From Amphiscolops sp. MND2022 (lineage: Eukaryota), in the NCBI GenBank assembly GCA_964187785.1, contig OZ076409.1, forward strand, positions 44,270,001 through 44,334,000: DNA of 64,000 nt, given 5' to 3'. The notes beneath the pieces are model-generated. The model saw nothing but the letters and a program-made list of their open reading frames with translations. It was not told the origin of the DNA and did no database searches. Position numbers and translations under genes: made by a program. The number at the start of each line of letters is the position of its first letter. Position 1 is the stretch's first letter. Positions 36,887 through 49,221 of this stretch are shown here, piece after piece.

Positions 36887-38910
36887 CCCAGGTTGTCTGT
36901 CATGGCTCGTTCATGGAAAATCATCCATGATCATGGATTTTTCGACACATTACTTCGACTTTCATGGAAAATCATGGATGGCCCATGGCAGGGCATGGCC
37001 CCATGGATCATCATCCATGATTTTGACCCATGATTCATCCATGATGAGCCATGTTGAAAATTTCCTTCAAAGTCGAAAATTTTTTCTTACTGTGTCAGTT
37101 TTTGTCTCTTCTTCTGTCTCTTGTTTCTGAGCCTCAGAATCAGAGAGTTACATTAATGGCCCGGGTAGCATTAAGGACGCTTTTCGGCACCGCGTATCCT
37201 GAAGCAAGGCGCGAGATAGGAAAGAGTTTCGTTAGCATTAGGTGGGTTTTTGATGGTTTTGGGGATGGTTTTTGATGGAATTGCGGAAAAACGCGTCTTT
37301 TCAGATCAATTTTAGAGAAAACGTAGAATTATTCTAGTTTGTATCTAGATCAATGCCTCGTCCGATTTCGAACTGAATTCTGCTATTATATGGTCTAATA
37401 CCTATGAATTGTACTGTAGATTTGTTTATTTAATGTCTTTTTTCAAGAAATCTTGCTACAAAACGCCTCTTTCCAATTGAGATGTTGGTTTTGGGACTCG
37501 TCGGAGGCCACGTTCTCGTCGTGAGTCCTGTCACGTGTGGTCTCTCTATAATATACCGCACTAGCAGAGAGCCTTCTACCCAGAATAAGGAGATTTTCAA
37601 TTACTGAATGGTTTGCTTTCAGTTGAACTGAATGTCCGACATTATGCTTCTAACTTCATTTTGTTTGAGCTCAAGTAATGAATAGTGGTCAAAAATAAGA
37701 CCATGTCCTTTTTTTGAAGGCAATTTTGGCTATCGGAACGGCCAGTTTCAATTTTTTTAGCCATGGCACATGGATTTCCATCCATGATTCATCCATGATT
37801 CATGGATTTCCATACATTGCCCATGTCATAGGCCATGCCATGGCGAGCCATGAATCATGGATGAATCATGGATGGCGGCCCGGGTTGACCCTCTTACTAG
37901 CATCTTGGCTGTCTTGGCAAGATCTTGCCAAATTCTTAGTACATCTTGGCAGCCATGGATCCCATGGCAAGATTCTTATTAAGATCTTACTAAGATAATA
38001 CTTATTCCAAGATCGTATCTTATCACGATGGACAAAATTTTAAGATTAATAAAAAACACTATACCTTCGGTACAAGCAGCCGAGACTCAGTCTAAAGGCT
38101 CATTTCACCCAACAACGACTATTTCTACTCGTTTTCATAATCAAAATGCTTAAACCTGCTGAAAAATTTTGCATGCAAAAATGCGTGAAAAATTACGGTA
38201 TAAGTCCTCACCTGTTTAAGACTGAGAAATGCGAATGTACCAAATGAAAGGTCATTTCAAGTGCTTTCCAAAACTTGTAATTTATCACTCCTGTCGATTC
38301 CAGAGGCGGAGAAATATGCTCTCAAACGTCCAGACCCACTATCGGAAAGTTACAAAGGAAAGACCTTAAAATCCTGAAAATTTTGTAAAAATCATATTTC
38401 CAACTTTCTTTGAGCCTGTTTAGCAGCCTTATTACTGCTAGAAACGGCGGTCATTGCTCTATTTTGGGTAATGATTCAGCTCAAGGCTTATCTGACGCCG
38501 TTGTTGGCGACAGTTTTGCAATTGAAAAAAAATCGATATCCAAATGGTTGTAAAAATCATTCAGTAATGTTGTTTTGAGTGATGTCTAGATTATTTTTTG
38601 CATAACTCTTAAGTTAATGGTTTTCTGATTCTACTTTTTCTCGATATCGAGCAGTTCGTAGCAATTTTTTTCTTGCCATATTCGGCTTCTTAGTTAGATT
38701 TTTCTTGCCATATTGGGCTTCTTAGTAAGATTTTTCTTGGAAACATGGCTCTCTTGATATAAGATCTTACCATGGCATCTTGCAATACTTGGCAATATCT
38801 TGTCACGATCTTAGCTAAGAATTTTCCAAGATCTTAGCAAGATCTTGCCAAGATCTTACTAAGATATCCATGGAGGGTCGACCCGGGGGGCCATGGCGTG
38901 ACAACCTGGG
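36887..38910. mobile_element. Non-autonomous TIR element (CMC-like), host of a nested insertion
   Basis: TIR CCCAGGTTGTC...GACAACCTGGG; TA on both flanks; CCATG/CATGG subterminal arrays. Confidence 0.88.
37879..38887. mobile_element. Nested non-autonomous TIR element (CMC-like)
   Basis: TIR CCCGGGTTGACCCTC...GAGGGTCGACCCGGG; GG on both flanks; AAGATCTT subterminal arrays. Confidence 0.88.
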
Positions 38911-40932
38911 TATAACCGCGTCGAATCAAGAGTCAAATATTCATCAAAAACTTGTTTGTGACATGTTTACTATATAAACAATATAAACGATACAGTATAC
39001 GATATAAAACTGAAATTATGAGAACCTAACTTCATTCTTTTTCTCAATTATGAACTCCAATTTAGATCGAATTCCACTGTTCTGAAGGTATTCAGTCGGC
39101 CAATTGCACACTCAGCCAATAGCGCCCTCGACCAATAGGCCTAGCGCATTTTTGTGAATACCTCAAGTGTATAGCTAAAGGCTTTCGGCAACCGACAATC
39201 AAATATTGAGTCAAAAAGCTGACGCCAATTGTCTGATTGGATGAAAAGTGTTCATTCAGTGGCACCAGCTTTCAAACAATACGTGCATGAAAAATCATAT
39301 TTGTCTGTTTAATGATTTGTCAGTTCAATTAACACACCACTTCCAAATCCATCAGTGAGAATGAGTTTCTACTTAAATATCGATAAGAGGTCTCCACGTG
39401 TCTTTCCCAATATTGTTCAAAGCGCTTCCACTAGAGTATATGTTTTCATACTGTAAATTTGAGGACGGTCTAGCTGACTGTTTCGCTATTTTGAAATCAC
39501 ATGGGAACAAGATGCGTGAAAGTCACCTATACCATTTTTCAATATTTTCTTTTCCTTCTTTTCCATAAAGTGATTCGATAAAATGTGTAGGCCGACGCGA
39601 TGGCAATTATGTTAGGCTTTGTTACATTTTTTATGGAACTATAACTAGAAACAAAATACATACGCTTTGACATAGCACCAAAAACATTAAGCGTTCAAAA
39701 TCAAACTGTACATTAAATCACTAACGTTTCGGCTTCCTTGGTATGGTAAACTCCGGGTTTGAATCGACTGAAACGAAAATTAATTGATTGCTTGAATTCA
39801 TAATCACTCGAAGAGGCCGTAAAGACGCACCTGTCAAAGTCCGCGCCCGGCCTGGATTGTGGTTGCCAAGAGAAGCAGTTTGGCCGTGGTCATGGATGCA
39901 TTATGAAAACTTGCAGTCTAAGCAGGCTTTTTAAATGTATGCTTTGATTACTTAATTTAATAAATTCATTGGCTGCCTGACGATGTCACGTCGTCTTTTA
40001 TTGTGGCTCAAAGGTGTTGCTCTTAACTTTTAATAGATAAATACTTGTTTATACAAAAATGAGGAAATACAAAGGATGCCGGAATGAAATGATTTGCCAC
40101 TGGGTGTTGACTAATATCAATATAACTATGGAAATAACACAAATATTGACGAAATGCTACCGCTGATCAAAACTTTGCCGCAAAATTACAGGAAGTGACT
40201 AATATCTCGATGGAAATTAAAGTACGCGAGTATGAACAGACAATGCTTGGAGGGTATATATAGCTTGTACTTGTAAAATTGTTCATTCAATTTGTAATTC
40301 AATCTGCGATCTTTCTTTAAGCTCAATTTTGTTTTGGTAAAACAATAATTTTACCGACCTCAATTCAAAATCAACAAACTTGAAAATCTTTTCATCGACA
40401 AGTCAAAAGAGAAGAAATGTCCTTCATGAAAGCAACGAAAATAATCAGGAATGTACAAAACAACGACCCTAACCGAAGTCGTAACAAGATGACAGGAGTT
40501 TTGGACCACTCAGTAAATGTTTCCAAGAAAAACGCAGAACCGCCTACCGTCCAAAGAGCGTCCCTCCAAATCGCGGATACTCTCCGCCCTGGAGATAAAG
40601 ACGAACATACACTAGTATGAGCAACGCAACCCAAACGCCAAATGGAGACTACTTGTTGACCTACTGATAATAAACGAGTTAAAATTCGACGATTACACCA
40701 ACAACAACCAATCCGTCAGTACATGGTCAGATGCAGTCCAACACTTGTCGAGGACATCGATTACCACAAAACGAGGTTCCAAAAGCTAGCAACATACTCG
40801 CTGGGGTGTTACCTTTGCCCAGAGACGGGTGAATTAGCTCACTTTGGCAAGTAAAACAAGTACACACTTCCTGAGGCTGAGATGTGCGTTCGTAAAATGA
40901 CAATGGCGTATTCTCTTAAGCAAACATTCCCG

Positions 40933-41504
40933 AATCAACTTGTCAGAAAATCTAAGCTGTGAATATGCAATGACTAAAAGGCCTTTCTGCAATTTTGTAT
41001 GATTCACAAAAACTTAATGGAACAGGGAATGTTACAAACCTAAGGGTTGTTGAATAACCAGCGGGTCAGCGTCAGTAATACGCAAATCTCCCTCAAAGAA
41101 CAAAAATGAGTCCAATTATCACTTTCCAGATCATGATCGTTTAAGATCAAATGGATCTGAGAATGACCGGGTTCAAACAGCCCATAAACAATGACGCAAG
41201 ATCTACGTCATAAATGACAATCAACTTGTCAGAAAATCTAAGCTGTGAAGATGCAATGACTAAAAGGCCTTTCTGCATTTTTGTATGATTCACAAAAACT
41301 TATTGGAACAGGGAATGTTACAAACCTAAGGGTTGTTGAATAACCAGCGGGTCAGCGTCACTAATACGCAAATCTCCCTCAAAGAACAAAAATGAGTCCA
41401 ATTATCACTTTGCAGATCATGATCGTTTAAGATCAAATGGATCTGAGAATGACCGGGTTCAAACAGCCCATAAACAATGACGCAAGATCTACGTCATAAA
41501 TGAC
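40933..41504 (+). repeat. 286-bp tandem duplication, followed by imperfect short repeats (~41540-41930)
   Basis: 40933-41218 matches 41219-41504 almost exactly; then recurring TTGACGTCA..AAAACG and GTTGGCTAATCGCTAAC units. Confidence 0.92.
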
Positions 41505-42422
41505 CAGGGTTAAAACAGCTCAATACTGATACGACGGAATTATGACGTCGACAGTGACCGAAACTAAAAAAAGAAAAATAACAAATAAAAACAGACGTTA
41601 GCAAATGCTAAAAACACAAAATTGACGTCATCAAAACGATGACAAACCAAATTGAAGTTGGCTAACCGCTAACGAAGTTGACGTCATCAAAACGAAGACA
41701 AACAAAATTGATGTTGGCTAATCGCTAACAGAGAAGAGGTCACCAAGACAGTGAGAAATAAAATAGAAGTTGGCTAATCGCTAACGAAAATGACGTCATG
41801 AAAACGGTAACAAAATAAAATTGACGTTGGCTAATCGCTAACGAAATTGACGTCAGCAAAACGTTGACAACCTTGGTCAAACGAATTAATTCATTTCGTG
41901 ACCAATAAAAACGCGACATTGGCAAAACGTCAACACCTGGATTACAAAGGAAATAAAAGACAGCTTCTACGCCTTCCCAAAGAGTGCTGTACCGAATCAC
42001 AGAGTACTGAAAATCTCACATTCCTCTAAGAAAGCGTACTACCGAAAGAATCATCTCTTCAATTTCGACAACCCCACGAGATCTCTTCGTCCCATGACAG
42101 TGGCCCTGTCACAGTCCGCATCGGGCCTGGATTGTCGTTGCCAAGAGAAGCAGTTTGGCCGTGGTCATGGATGCATTATGAAAACTTGCAGTCTAAGCAG
42201 GCTTTTTAAATGTATGCTTTGATTACCTAATTTTATAAATTCATTGGCTGTTTGACGATGTCATGTCGTCTTTTATTGTGGCTCAAAGGTGTTGCTCTTA
42301 ACTTTTAATAGATAAATATTTGTTAATTGTTGAAATATTTAGTTGTTTAGCCTCATGGAAATCAGTCACTCTCTTAGCATCATCAAAATGCCTAAATCAA
42401 GATAATTAGTCATAATTTCTCA

Positions 42423-42622
42423 NNNNNNNNNNNNNNNNNNNNNNNNNNNNNNNNNNNNNNNNNNNNNNNNNNNNNNNNNNNNNNNNNNNNNNNNNNNNNN
42501 NNNNNNNNNNNNNNNNNNNNNNNNNNNNNNNNNNNNNNNNNNNNNNNNNNNNNNNNNNNNNNNNNNNNNNNNNNNNNNNNNNNNNNNNNNNNNNNNNNNN
42601 NNNNNNNNNNNNNNNNNNNNNN
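42423..42622. other. Assembly gap (200 N)
   Basis: Run of N. Confidence 1.
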
Positions 42623-43131
42623 ATAGGTTGTACTTGTGAAATTGTTCATTAAATTTGTATTTCAATCTGCGTTCTTTCGTTAAGCTCAACTTTGTTTTGT
42701 TAAAACAATAATTTTACGGACCTCAATTCGAAATCAACAAACTCGAAAATCTTTTCATCGAGAAGTCAAAAGAGAAGAAATGTCCTTCATGAAAGCAACG
42801 AAAACATTCAGAAATGTACAAAACAACGACCCTAACCGAAGTCGTAACAGCACCAGTCACATTAGAGAAATCTATATACTATATGAATACTATTTCACGG
42901 TGAGTCTTTAAGCGTTAGTTTTGTCATTCATTAGTTTCCCGAACACTCGACGTCTTCGTTTTACAGCGTTTCAACGTTTTCATGCACAATGATCCAGTAC
43001 GGTCTGGAAGGCATTTCATTGCGTTTCACGTTAAAACTGTCGTGTCACGAACAATTAAGCTTCATATAACTTCTCTAACCTTATCTTCATGAATGTTTTT
43101 TTTAACTTTCAACAAATGTAAAGAAACTTAC

Positions 43132-43220
43132 GTATCCATTTCAAGAGATTTAGCAGGCAAAACTGTTTTGAGAGTAGTGTCTCGCGTTCTGTATGCCTCA
43201 TCTGCAATTACTTCTCCCGG
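43132..43220 (-). CDS. Uncharacterised secreted protein, exon 2
   Basis: TTTTAG|CCG acceptor (phase 0) and AC|GTAAGT donor (phase 2, matching exon 3); PGEVIADEAYRTRDTTLKTVLPAKSLEMD. Confidence 0.7.
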
Positions 43221-43546
43221 CTAAAACAGCATGGTATTTCTTAGTGATGCATAAGACGACTGAAAATGAGAGAATGGTAATTGAAAACTCCAAAGTTTTC
43301 CGTTTTACAGGAATCGAAAATTTTTATTGTAGAAGCCGATGAAAATAGCATCAATGAAAGCAATGTAAACCACAACGTTGAAATTTTTCGGCCATCTAAG
43401 ATTTCGGAGGTACCCGAAATTGTGAAAAGAAAAAACCAAGTAATAAATAAGTGTGTTCGTGAATAACATCTGATAGCTACGGAAAAAACGCAATGGTTGA
43501 CAATTTCCAGAATTTATCGAGAAGAAACACAACTGATGCGTTTTTT

Positions 43547-43877
43547 AGTCGGCGCTTTTCGTAGAAAAACGCAGACTATAGTAGTGACTTTTCTTTTTTT
43601 AAAAAACCAACAAAGTGACAGTTTTTATAAGCCTTATAAGCTGACTTGAACTAACACTAAATGCCACACTACTTCTACTGGCACTTGAGATAGAGTTGAT
43701 TAGGAGTTTTTGAGGTCCCCTTTTATATTTTTCGGCACTATGCGACTTCCCGTGGACCAAAAAAATCAATTTTTTCCTCATGCGGGTACTGTAGAAGAGA
43801 ATACTTGACACTTTGAAGTCCCTTTGCTATTTTTGAGCCTTAGATATGGCGCCGACTTGGGCCGTTCCCGGCTTGTT
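43547..43877 (+). mobile_element. HINE/DINE-1-like element
   Basis: TTTT-AGTCGGCGC...GGCGCCGACT, then hairpin GCCG-TTCC-CGGC and TTGTT. Confidence 0.8.
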
Positions 43878-44179
43878 TATACTGGCCTGAAAATATTAGA
43901 TCCAATACACCCTCAATGACCTCAACGTTCTGTTTCATAATGATAATGATGTTCGCGTGTCATTTGACAAGTAATACTGACTTTCAGTTGCATAGTTAAT
44001 CTTTTCAAATACGATATATTCTGTAGAAATATTTATACTGAAAATACATTCCTAGAGAAGCGAAAGAAAGATAACTTCAAAATTCATCGGTGGAATTGCC
44101 TCAAAAAACCTTTCCGTACATCTGGATGTTATAGTTTACAGTGTCTCCTGATTAATTTCGGCCTAAAAACAACCAGACT

Positions 44180-44512
44180 ACAAGCCGGGAACGGCACAAG
44201 TAGGCGCCATATCTAAGGCTCAAAAATAGCAAAATGACTTCAAAGTGTCAAGTATTCTCTTCTACAGTACCCGCATGAGGAAAAAAAAAGAATTTTTTGT
44301 GGTCCACGGGAAGCCGCATAGTGCCGAAAAATGTAAAAGGGACCTCAAAAAAGCCTAACTAACCTCTATCTCGATTGTCAGTAGAAGTAGTGTGGCAATT
44401 AGTGTTAGTTCAAGTCAGCTTATAAGGCTTATAAAAACTGTCACCTTGTTGGTTTTTTAAAAAAGAAAAGTCACTACTATAGTCTGCATTTTTCTACGAA
44501 AAAGCAGCGACT
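44180..44512 (-). mobile_element. HINE/DINE-1-like element, inverted close relative of 43547-43877
   Basis: Reverse-complement match along the full length. Confidence 0.8.
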
Positions 44513-44707
44513 AAAAAATTTACTGGTACACGGCCAAAGTCGACCAAAAAACCACAAATTCTTTCACACCGCATGTCCGATATTTGCTCAAAAATGACAC
44601 CAAGACAGTTAAATGCCGGTTGGAGCGATGGCCACATATACCACGTATCAAGTGATAACCCGATTTTGCGACATTAGTACTATACGGTGGACGAGGATTG
44701 AAAAAAC

Positions 44708-44842
44708 CTTTTTTGACAGAAGCGCAGCGGACAATCCGTTTGGCCCTGTGTGAGCAGAAACGCAAAAACAGCGCTCAAGATTGGAAAAAAGGAGATATAC
44801 ACCGATGAGAGCAAGAATGATTTTGAAGGCGGTCGTGTTCAT
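44708..44842 (-). CDS. Uncharacterised secreted protein, exon 1 (signal peptide)
   Basis: MNTTAFKIILALIGVYLLFSNLERCFC...; AAG|GT donor in phase 0, though GTTTTT is a weak donor. Confidence 0.6.
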
Positions 44843-45473
44843 TTTGTCCACCGCCCTCGAGAGTCGAAATATTGTTCACAGCCAAAGAAATGGTTTGTAA
44901 GGCGTCCGGAAAACAAAAGTCATTATTGGTGTATGGCGCTGTTTGGTATACGGGCATGAAATTATTGCTTGAACTCGAAGGAACGAAGATTAGGGAGAAC
45001 TAAATCAAGTTTTGCGTCACAAAATACTATCACTTTTGGATGACGACCATTTACTTGCCTTAATCCCTAGCTGTTACGCACTTTTCTGATGATGAGGCTG
45101 TAGCCATGATACCAGACTGTCAAGCCAACTCGGCGGAAATGAAACATAGAAAATTATTCGCATTTCTTGAAAGAAAAGACAAACGACATGGAATATAAAA
45201 ATATAGACGAGTAATGGACTTTTTAAACTAGAATTTTTCATAATTCTCGACGAATTTATCAGGTCTTTACTTGATTTAGTTGCAAAAGGAATAGAAGAAG
45301 TTATCAAAGCTAAAAGTTGTCCTATAAAGTACTGATAGACTCTGTCACAGTGGTACAATTCCTTTTTCGCCTGATAAAAGTTAATATTTTGTTCAAAAAA
45401 GATTTTCCTTAAACTTGCTTGATTTCCGATGAAGATAATTGTTGTTTTACCGAAACTTTCAAGAATATACTAT

Positions 45474-46595
45474 AACAAGATGGTAACGGCCCAAATCGGA
45501 GCCCCGCTGAAGGTTCCAAAAAAATAAAGTTTTTCACATATGCAAAAGGTGTTTTTTGTTTGAATTTCATCAATTCTATAGTGCGGAAACATACCTAAAA
45601 GGATACGCATAAGAGTCGCAAACCATTTCGACCCAACTGGAGACAACAAAACCTTTACAAAAACTAAAATTGAGGAAGCAATTTTCCCGAAACGTTTTTC
45701 GAAAAATTTTTATGAAGTCTCCGGTAAGTCGCATTGTACCAAAAACCCTAAGGAATGTTCAATGCTTGCAAAACGTTTCGTTTCTAGTAAAAATTGAATG
45801 GGGGTTTCGATAAGAACAATTTATAAAAAGTCGCATGTTGAAAACGATGGTCCTTCCTAAAATAACAAAATTAGGTTATAGCGTGCTGAGAAATCTGAGA
45901 AAAATTTAAAACAGAAATTTAAAAAATCTCACAAGGTTCAAATTTATCAAAGGAGTGGGGGTTGGGCTTTTTGAAAATCCAATTTGACGCGAAATATCAA
46001 AAAAGTTGAAGGGTTACCTTTTGGAGACAATTATTTTTTCTTTAAAAATTAAAAATGAGAAACTGAAACGTCTCAAAGTGCCGAAAAGGTAAAATGAACG
46101 GCCCAAGTCGGCGCCATTTCTAAGGCTCAAAAATAGCAAAAGGACTTCAAAATGTCAAAGTATTGGTGAATTTGGAACAATTTTATGTAATTTTTTTTGA
46201 AAAAAAATGTCTCACAATGCCGAAAAAAAAAGAAAGGGGGGACCCTTTCGGATTTTTCAACATCCATTCTGTCGGAAAATATCAAAAAATTGAAGTGGAC
46301 CCTCCAGTGATTTTTTTTGCAAAAAAGTCTCACAGAGCCGAAAATACTCTTAGGGAGTACCCTTTGGCCCCGTTGAGTTTCCTCGATGATGTAAAAATTT
46401 TACTTCGTAAGCTTTAACTAAGAATTGTAAGAAATTGTAAGATAGTAAGATTTGTAAGAAAAGTGGACCATTCAGAGTGAGATTGTCAGCTGAAAAATTT
46501 ACCCACTGTTATAGTCTGGCTTTTTTCCTTAAGGGAAAAGGTGCCGACTAGAAGAGCCAGTGCTTTAGTCGTCTTTTTCTACGGAAGCGCCGACT
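45474..46595 (-). mobile_element. Composite of HINE-like elements (46096-46549 nested in an older copy)
   Basis: Two starts (AACAAG...ACGGCCCAAATCGG; ACGGCCCAAGTCGGCGCC) and two ends (GTGCCGACT at 46549; GCGCCGACT at 46595). Confidence 0.65.
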
Positions 46596-46894
46596 AAAAA
46601 AGGGATATAAAAAGAACTTGAAAAGATGAGTTTGTCACATTTACACGAGAAAATTGAAGCTGTGTTAAAAAAGGACTGATATTTTTGATTTTCTGGAAAA
46701 TTGAAAATGACTCCCGCATAAAAAACTTTTTCGTACAAATTGAAGGCAGCACTGAATCTTCGAGTAACAATTTTTTTCGTAGAATTAGTCCAAAACTAGC
46801 ATCTATTTGTTTAATAGCTCAAAACTGCATCATAAGTGGGACCTTCGAATCGTCAAAAATTTTTCATATTTTTCACAGAGCTATATGAAAATTT

Positions 46895-47589
46895 AACAAG
46901 CCGGGACCGGCCCAAGTCGGCGCCATATCCAAGGCTCAAAAATAGCAAAAAGACTTCCAAGTGCCAAGTATTCGTTTACAGTAGTCGAAACTCGAAAATT
47001 TTTCGAAAATTTTTTTTTTGAAAAAATTACATACTAAAAAAATGGACCGAGTGGCGCGCCGGGGCTCGCTACCGCGAGCCCCTGGCGCGCTAACGTCTCA
47101 CAATGCCGAAAAACTGAAAAGGGGGACCCTTTGAGGTTTTTCAACATCCATTCTGTCGCAAAACATGAAAAAATTGAAGAAAAAAATTTTTTTATTTTCG
47201 GGAGAAAATCTCACAATGCCGAAAAAAACTGAAAGGAGGAACCCTTTGGGATTTTCCAACATCCATTCTGTCGCAAAACATCAAAAAAAATGCAGGGGGG
47301 ACCCTTTGCGGAAAAAAAATTTCGAAAAAAAAATCCGAAAAAAATGTCTCGCAGTGCCGAAAAAAATGAAAGGGGGGACTCTTTGGTCTCGCCCGGTATG
47401 ATATGTTACGCGGAAAAACAGGTAAATTCATTTTGGTCCAGTTCGCTAGGCCAAATGGTGCTATTTGACACCATAATATTTTGTAGAACTTTTAAGAACT
47501 ATTTTGGTCAGTTCGTGTGGATTGAAAAAAAAAAAAAAAAAAAGAAAAGTCACTATAATAGTCGCGTTTCACTTCATGAAGCGCCGACT
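46895..47589 (-). mobile_element. HINE/DINE-1-like element with internal ~115-140-bp tandem repeats
   Basis: AACAAGCCGGGACCGGCCCAAGTCGGCGCC...GCGCCGACT; repeated TCTCACAATGCCGAAAAA..GAAAGGGGGACCCTTTG units. Confidence 0.82.
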
Positions 47590-48244
47590 AAAAAACAAAA
47601 TGAAAACCACTAAAATCAGAAAGCAATGGTGTGTCCAACTTTTATCAAATCTCTACAGAAGAAAAAACAAGAATCACAGCAAAAAGATCTTGATTTCCAT
47701 ATTGGAAGGGAAATGTACTAAGTCTGAAACGTTTTTCATCCCTCTGACATGTTCCAAAGTTTAACCCAAACATAGAGTTTCCCCCACAGAACTTTAACAC
47801 CTTGAAAAAAGGTTTGTGGGATGTTTATTTTAAAAAATTTTTGAGCTTGTTCGGAAATCACCAAATTGACACCAAAATGGTCAAATGTTCAAAACGCTGC
47901 AATTTTTCAGTTTTTAATGCATTTCTTTGCATTTTTCGAAACATTTTGTGGATTTTAAAAGCCAAAGTGTTCAAAGACGAAAGAAGTACCTATTAAGCAC
48001 GATGTTGTGTGGTGAAACAGGAAATGTTGTGACATTTTTTTCCATTTTTCACAATTTTAATCTATTTTTGGATTCTTTAGAATAATATCCACAGAGTTGA
48101 AACACGAACTAGTTGGTTACTTAGTATAACTTTGAGATTCAGAGGAGTTAAAAAACTGAAAAAGCTCCTAAGCATACATTTTTAAATTGATTTTTTTCTC
48201 AAAAATTTGCAAAGAGAGCCGAAAACTTATGTTTTCGAGGATAA

Positions 48245-48500
48245 TGTTGTAGTGGTGAAATCATTAGGTCCCTGTTGGTGCAAAATCAAGTTGGAAAGAC
48301 TCTCAACTCAGCACTGTTGTGTTTTTGGCAAGTTCTTCACCCCTGGGTCAGTAGTGGTATGGTCAGGAAAAAAGGAACGGAGTTTGCGTAGAGAACAAAC
48401 ATTTAAAAAAAGCGGGGAGCGATCGGAACTTTGTGACCTTGAGCAACTCAGCTCGAGATAACAGCTTGGAAGCAAACCACGTAACTGCAACTATGATACA
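48245..48500 (+). mobile_element. Decayed copy of the CORE-like SINE
   Basis: Colinear with 34015-34270: GTAGTGGT, CTCTCAACTCA, TAGTGGTATGGT, CTTTGTGACCTTGAGCAA. Confidence 0.7.
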
Positions 48501-48767
48501 GCGCCTTGCTATGGAGATATAATAGCCGGAAAAGTACTGACTTTAAAAGTGAAAATGGGACAATCCCCGAACACGCGGAATCAGGAAATTGAACTTTGTT
48601 CCTTTTTTGCACTTCCGACTTTTATGCGAGTGGTTTGCATTTTTTGAATAATCGGGGGTACTGGATGAACCAAAAAAGGACAATTTTTTTCTTTCTTTTC
48701 AACCTGAGTTCTGTGAAGTTTTCACAGCGGGCGTCTGGCTCTGCAAACTGAGCAATTGTCGGCGCCT

Positions 48768-49221
48768 TTTGAAAAACATGCACAACTCTTACAGTGGTAA
48801 GTTTTTTCTTCAGTCACCATGAAAAGACCACTTTTATAAATATTCATGAATTCTATAAATTTCATCTGAAAACGCCCGAATTGGTGTAATGGATGAGTGC
48901 GTAGCTGCAAAGCAAGTGCCGTGGTTTGAACCCCAGGATGGGCATTTTTCCGATTTTCACAAGAAGGAAAGGGACCAAAGAGTCGCTGTGCGACTGTTTT
49001 TTTCGAAAACGTTTTTAATTTGATCAAAGGGTACCCCTTGACATTGTTTCAAGTAGTCGCTTTAGAAAAAACGTTTAACGAGGGTTTTTGAGTTTTTCTG
49101 CACCATCTACTTTTTTCAAAAAAAATTCAAAAATTTGGGTTTTTCTGATGCTTCAACTTCAAAACAAAAGCTCTTTTTGAACCTCAAGCGAGGCGTCGAT
49201 TTGGGCCATTCCCGGCTTGTT
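48768..49221 (+). mobile_element. HINE-like element, older subfamily
   Basis: GTCGGCGCC start; end GGCGTCGATTTGGGCCATTCCCGGCTTGTT. Confidence 0.65.

Larger units (their letters stand above)
39832..42849 (+). mobile_element. Complete non-autonomous LTR retroelement (LTRs 39832-40486 and 42107-42849)
   Basis: TGTCA...TAACA direct repeats; GCACC immediately on both sides (5-bp TSD); ~1.6-kb interior without pol; the 3' LTR contains the gap. Confidence 0.9.

Noticed and set aside
41540..41930. Regularly spaced short repeats that look like a CRISPR array
   Set aside because: The 'spacers' are themselves repeated, there are no cas genes, and the array lies inside a eukaryotic LTR element.
42410..42689. 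ORFs made of X residues
   Set aside because: Artefact of the N gap.
46127..47764. Several 60-107-aa Lys/Phe-rich ORFs
   Set aside because: They arise from A/T runs in HINE-like repeats.
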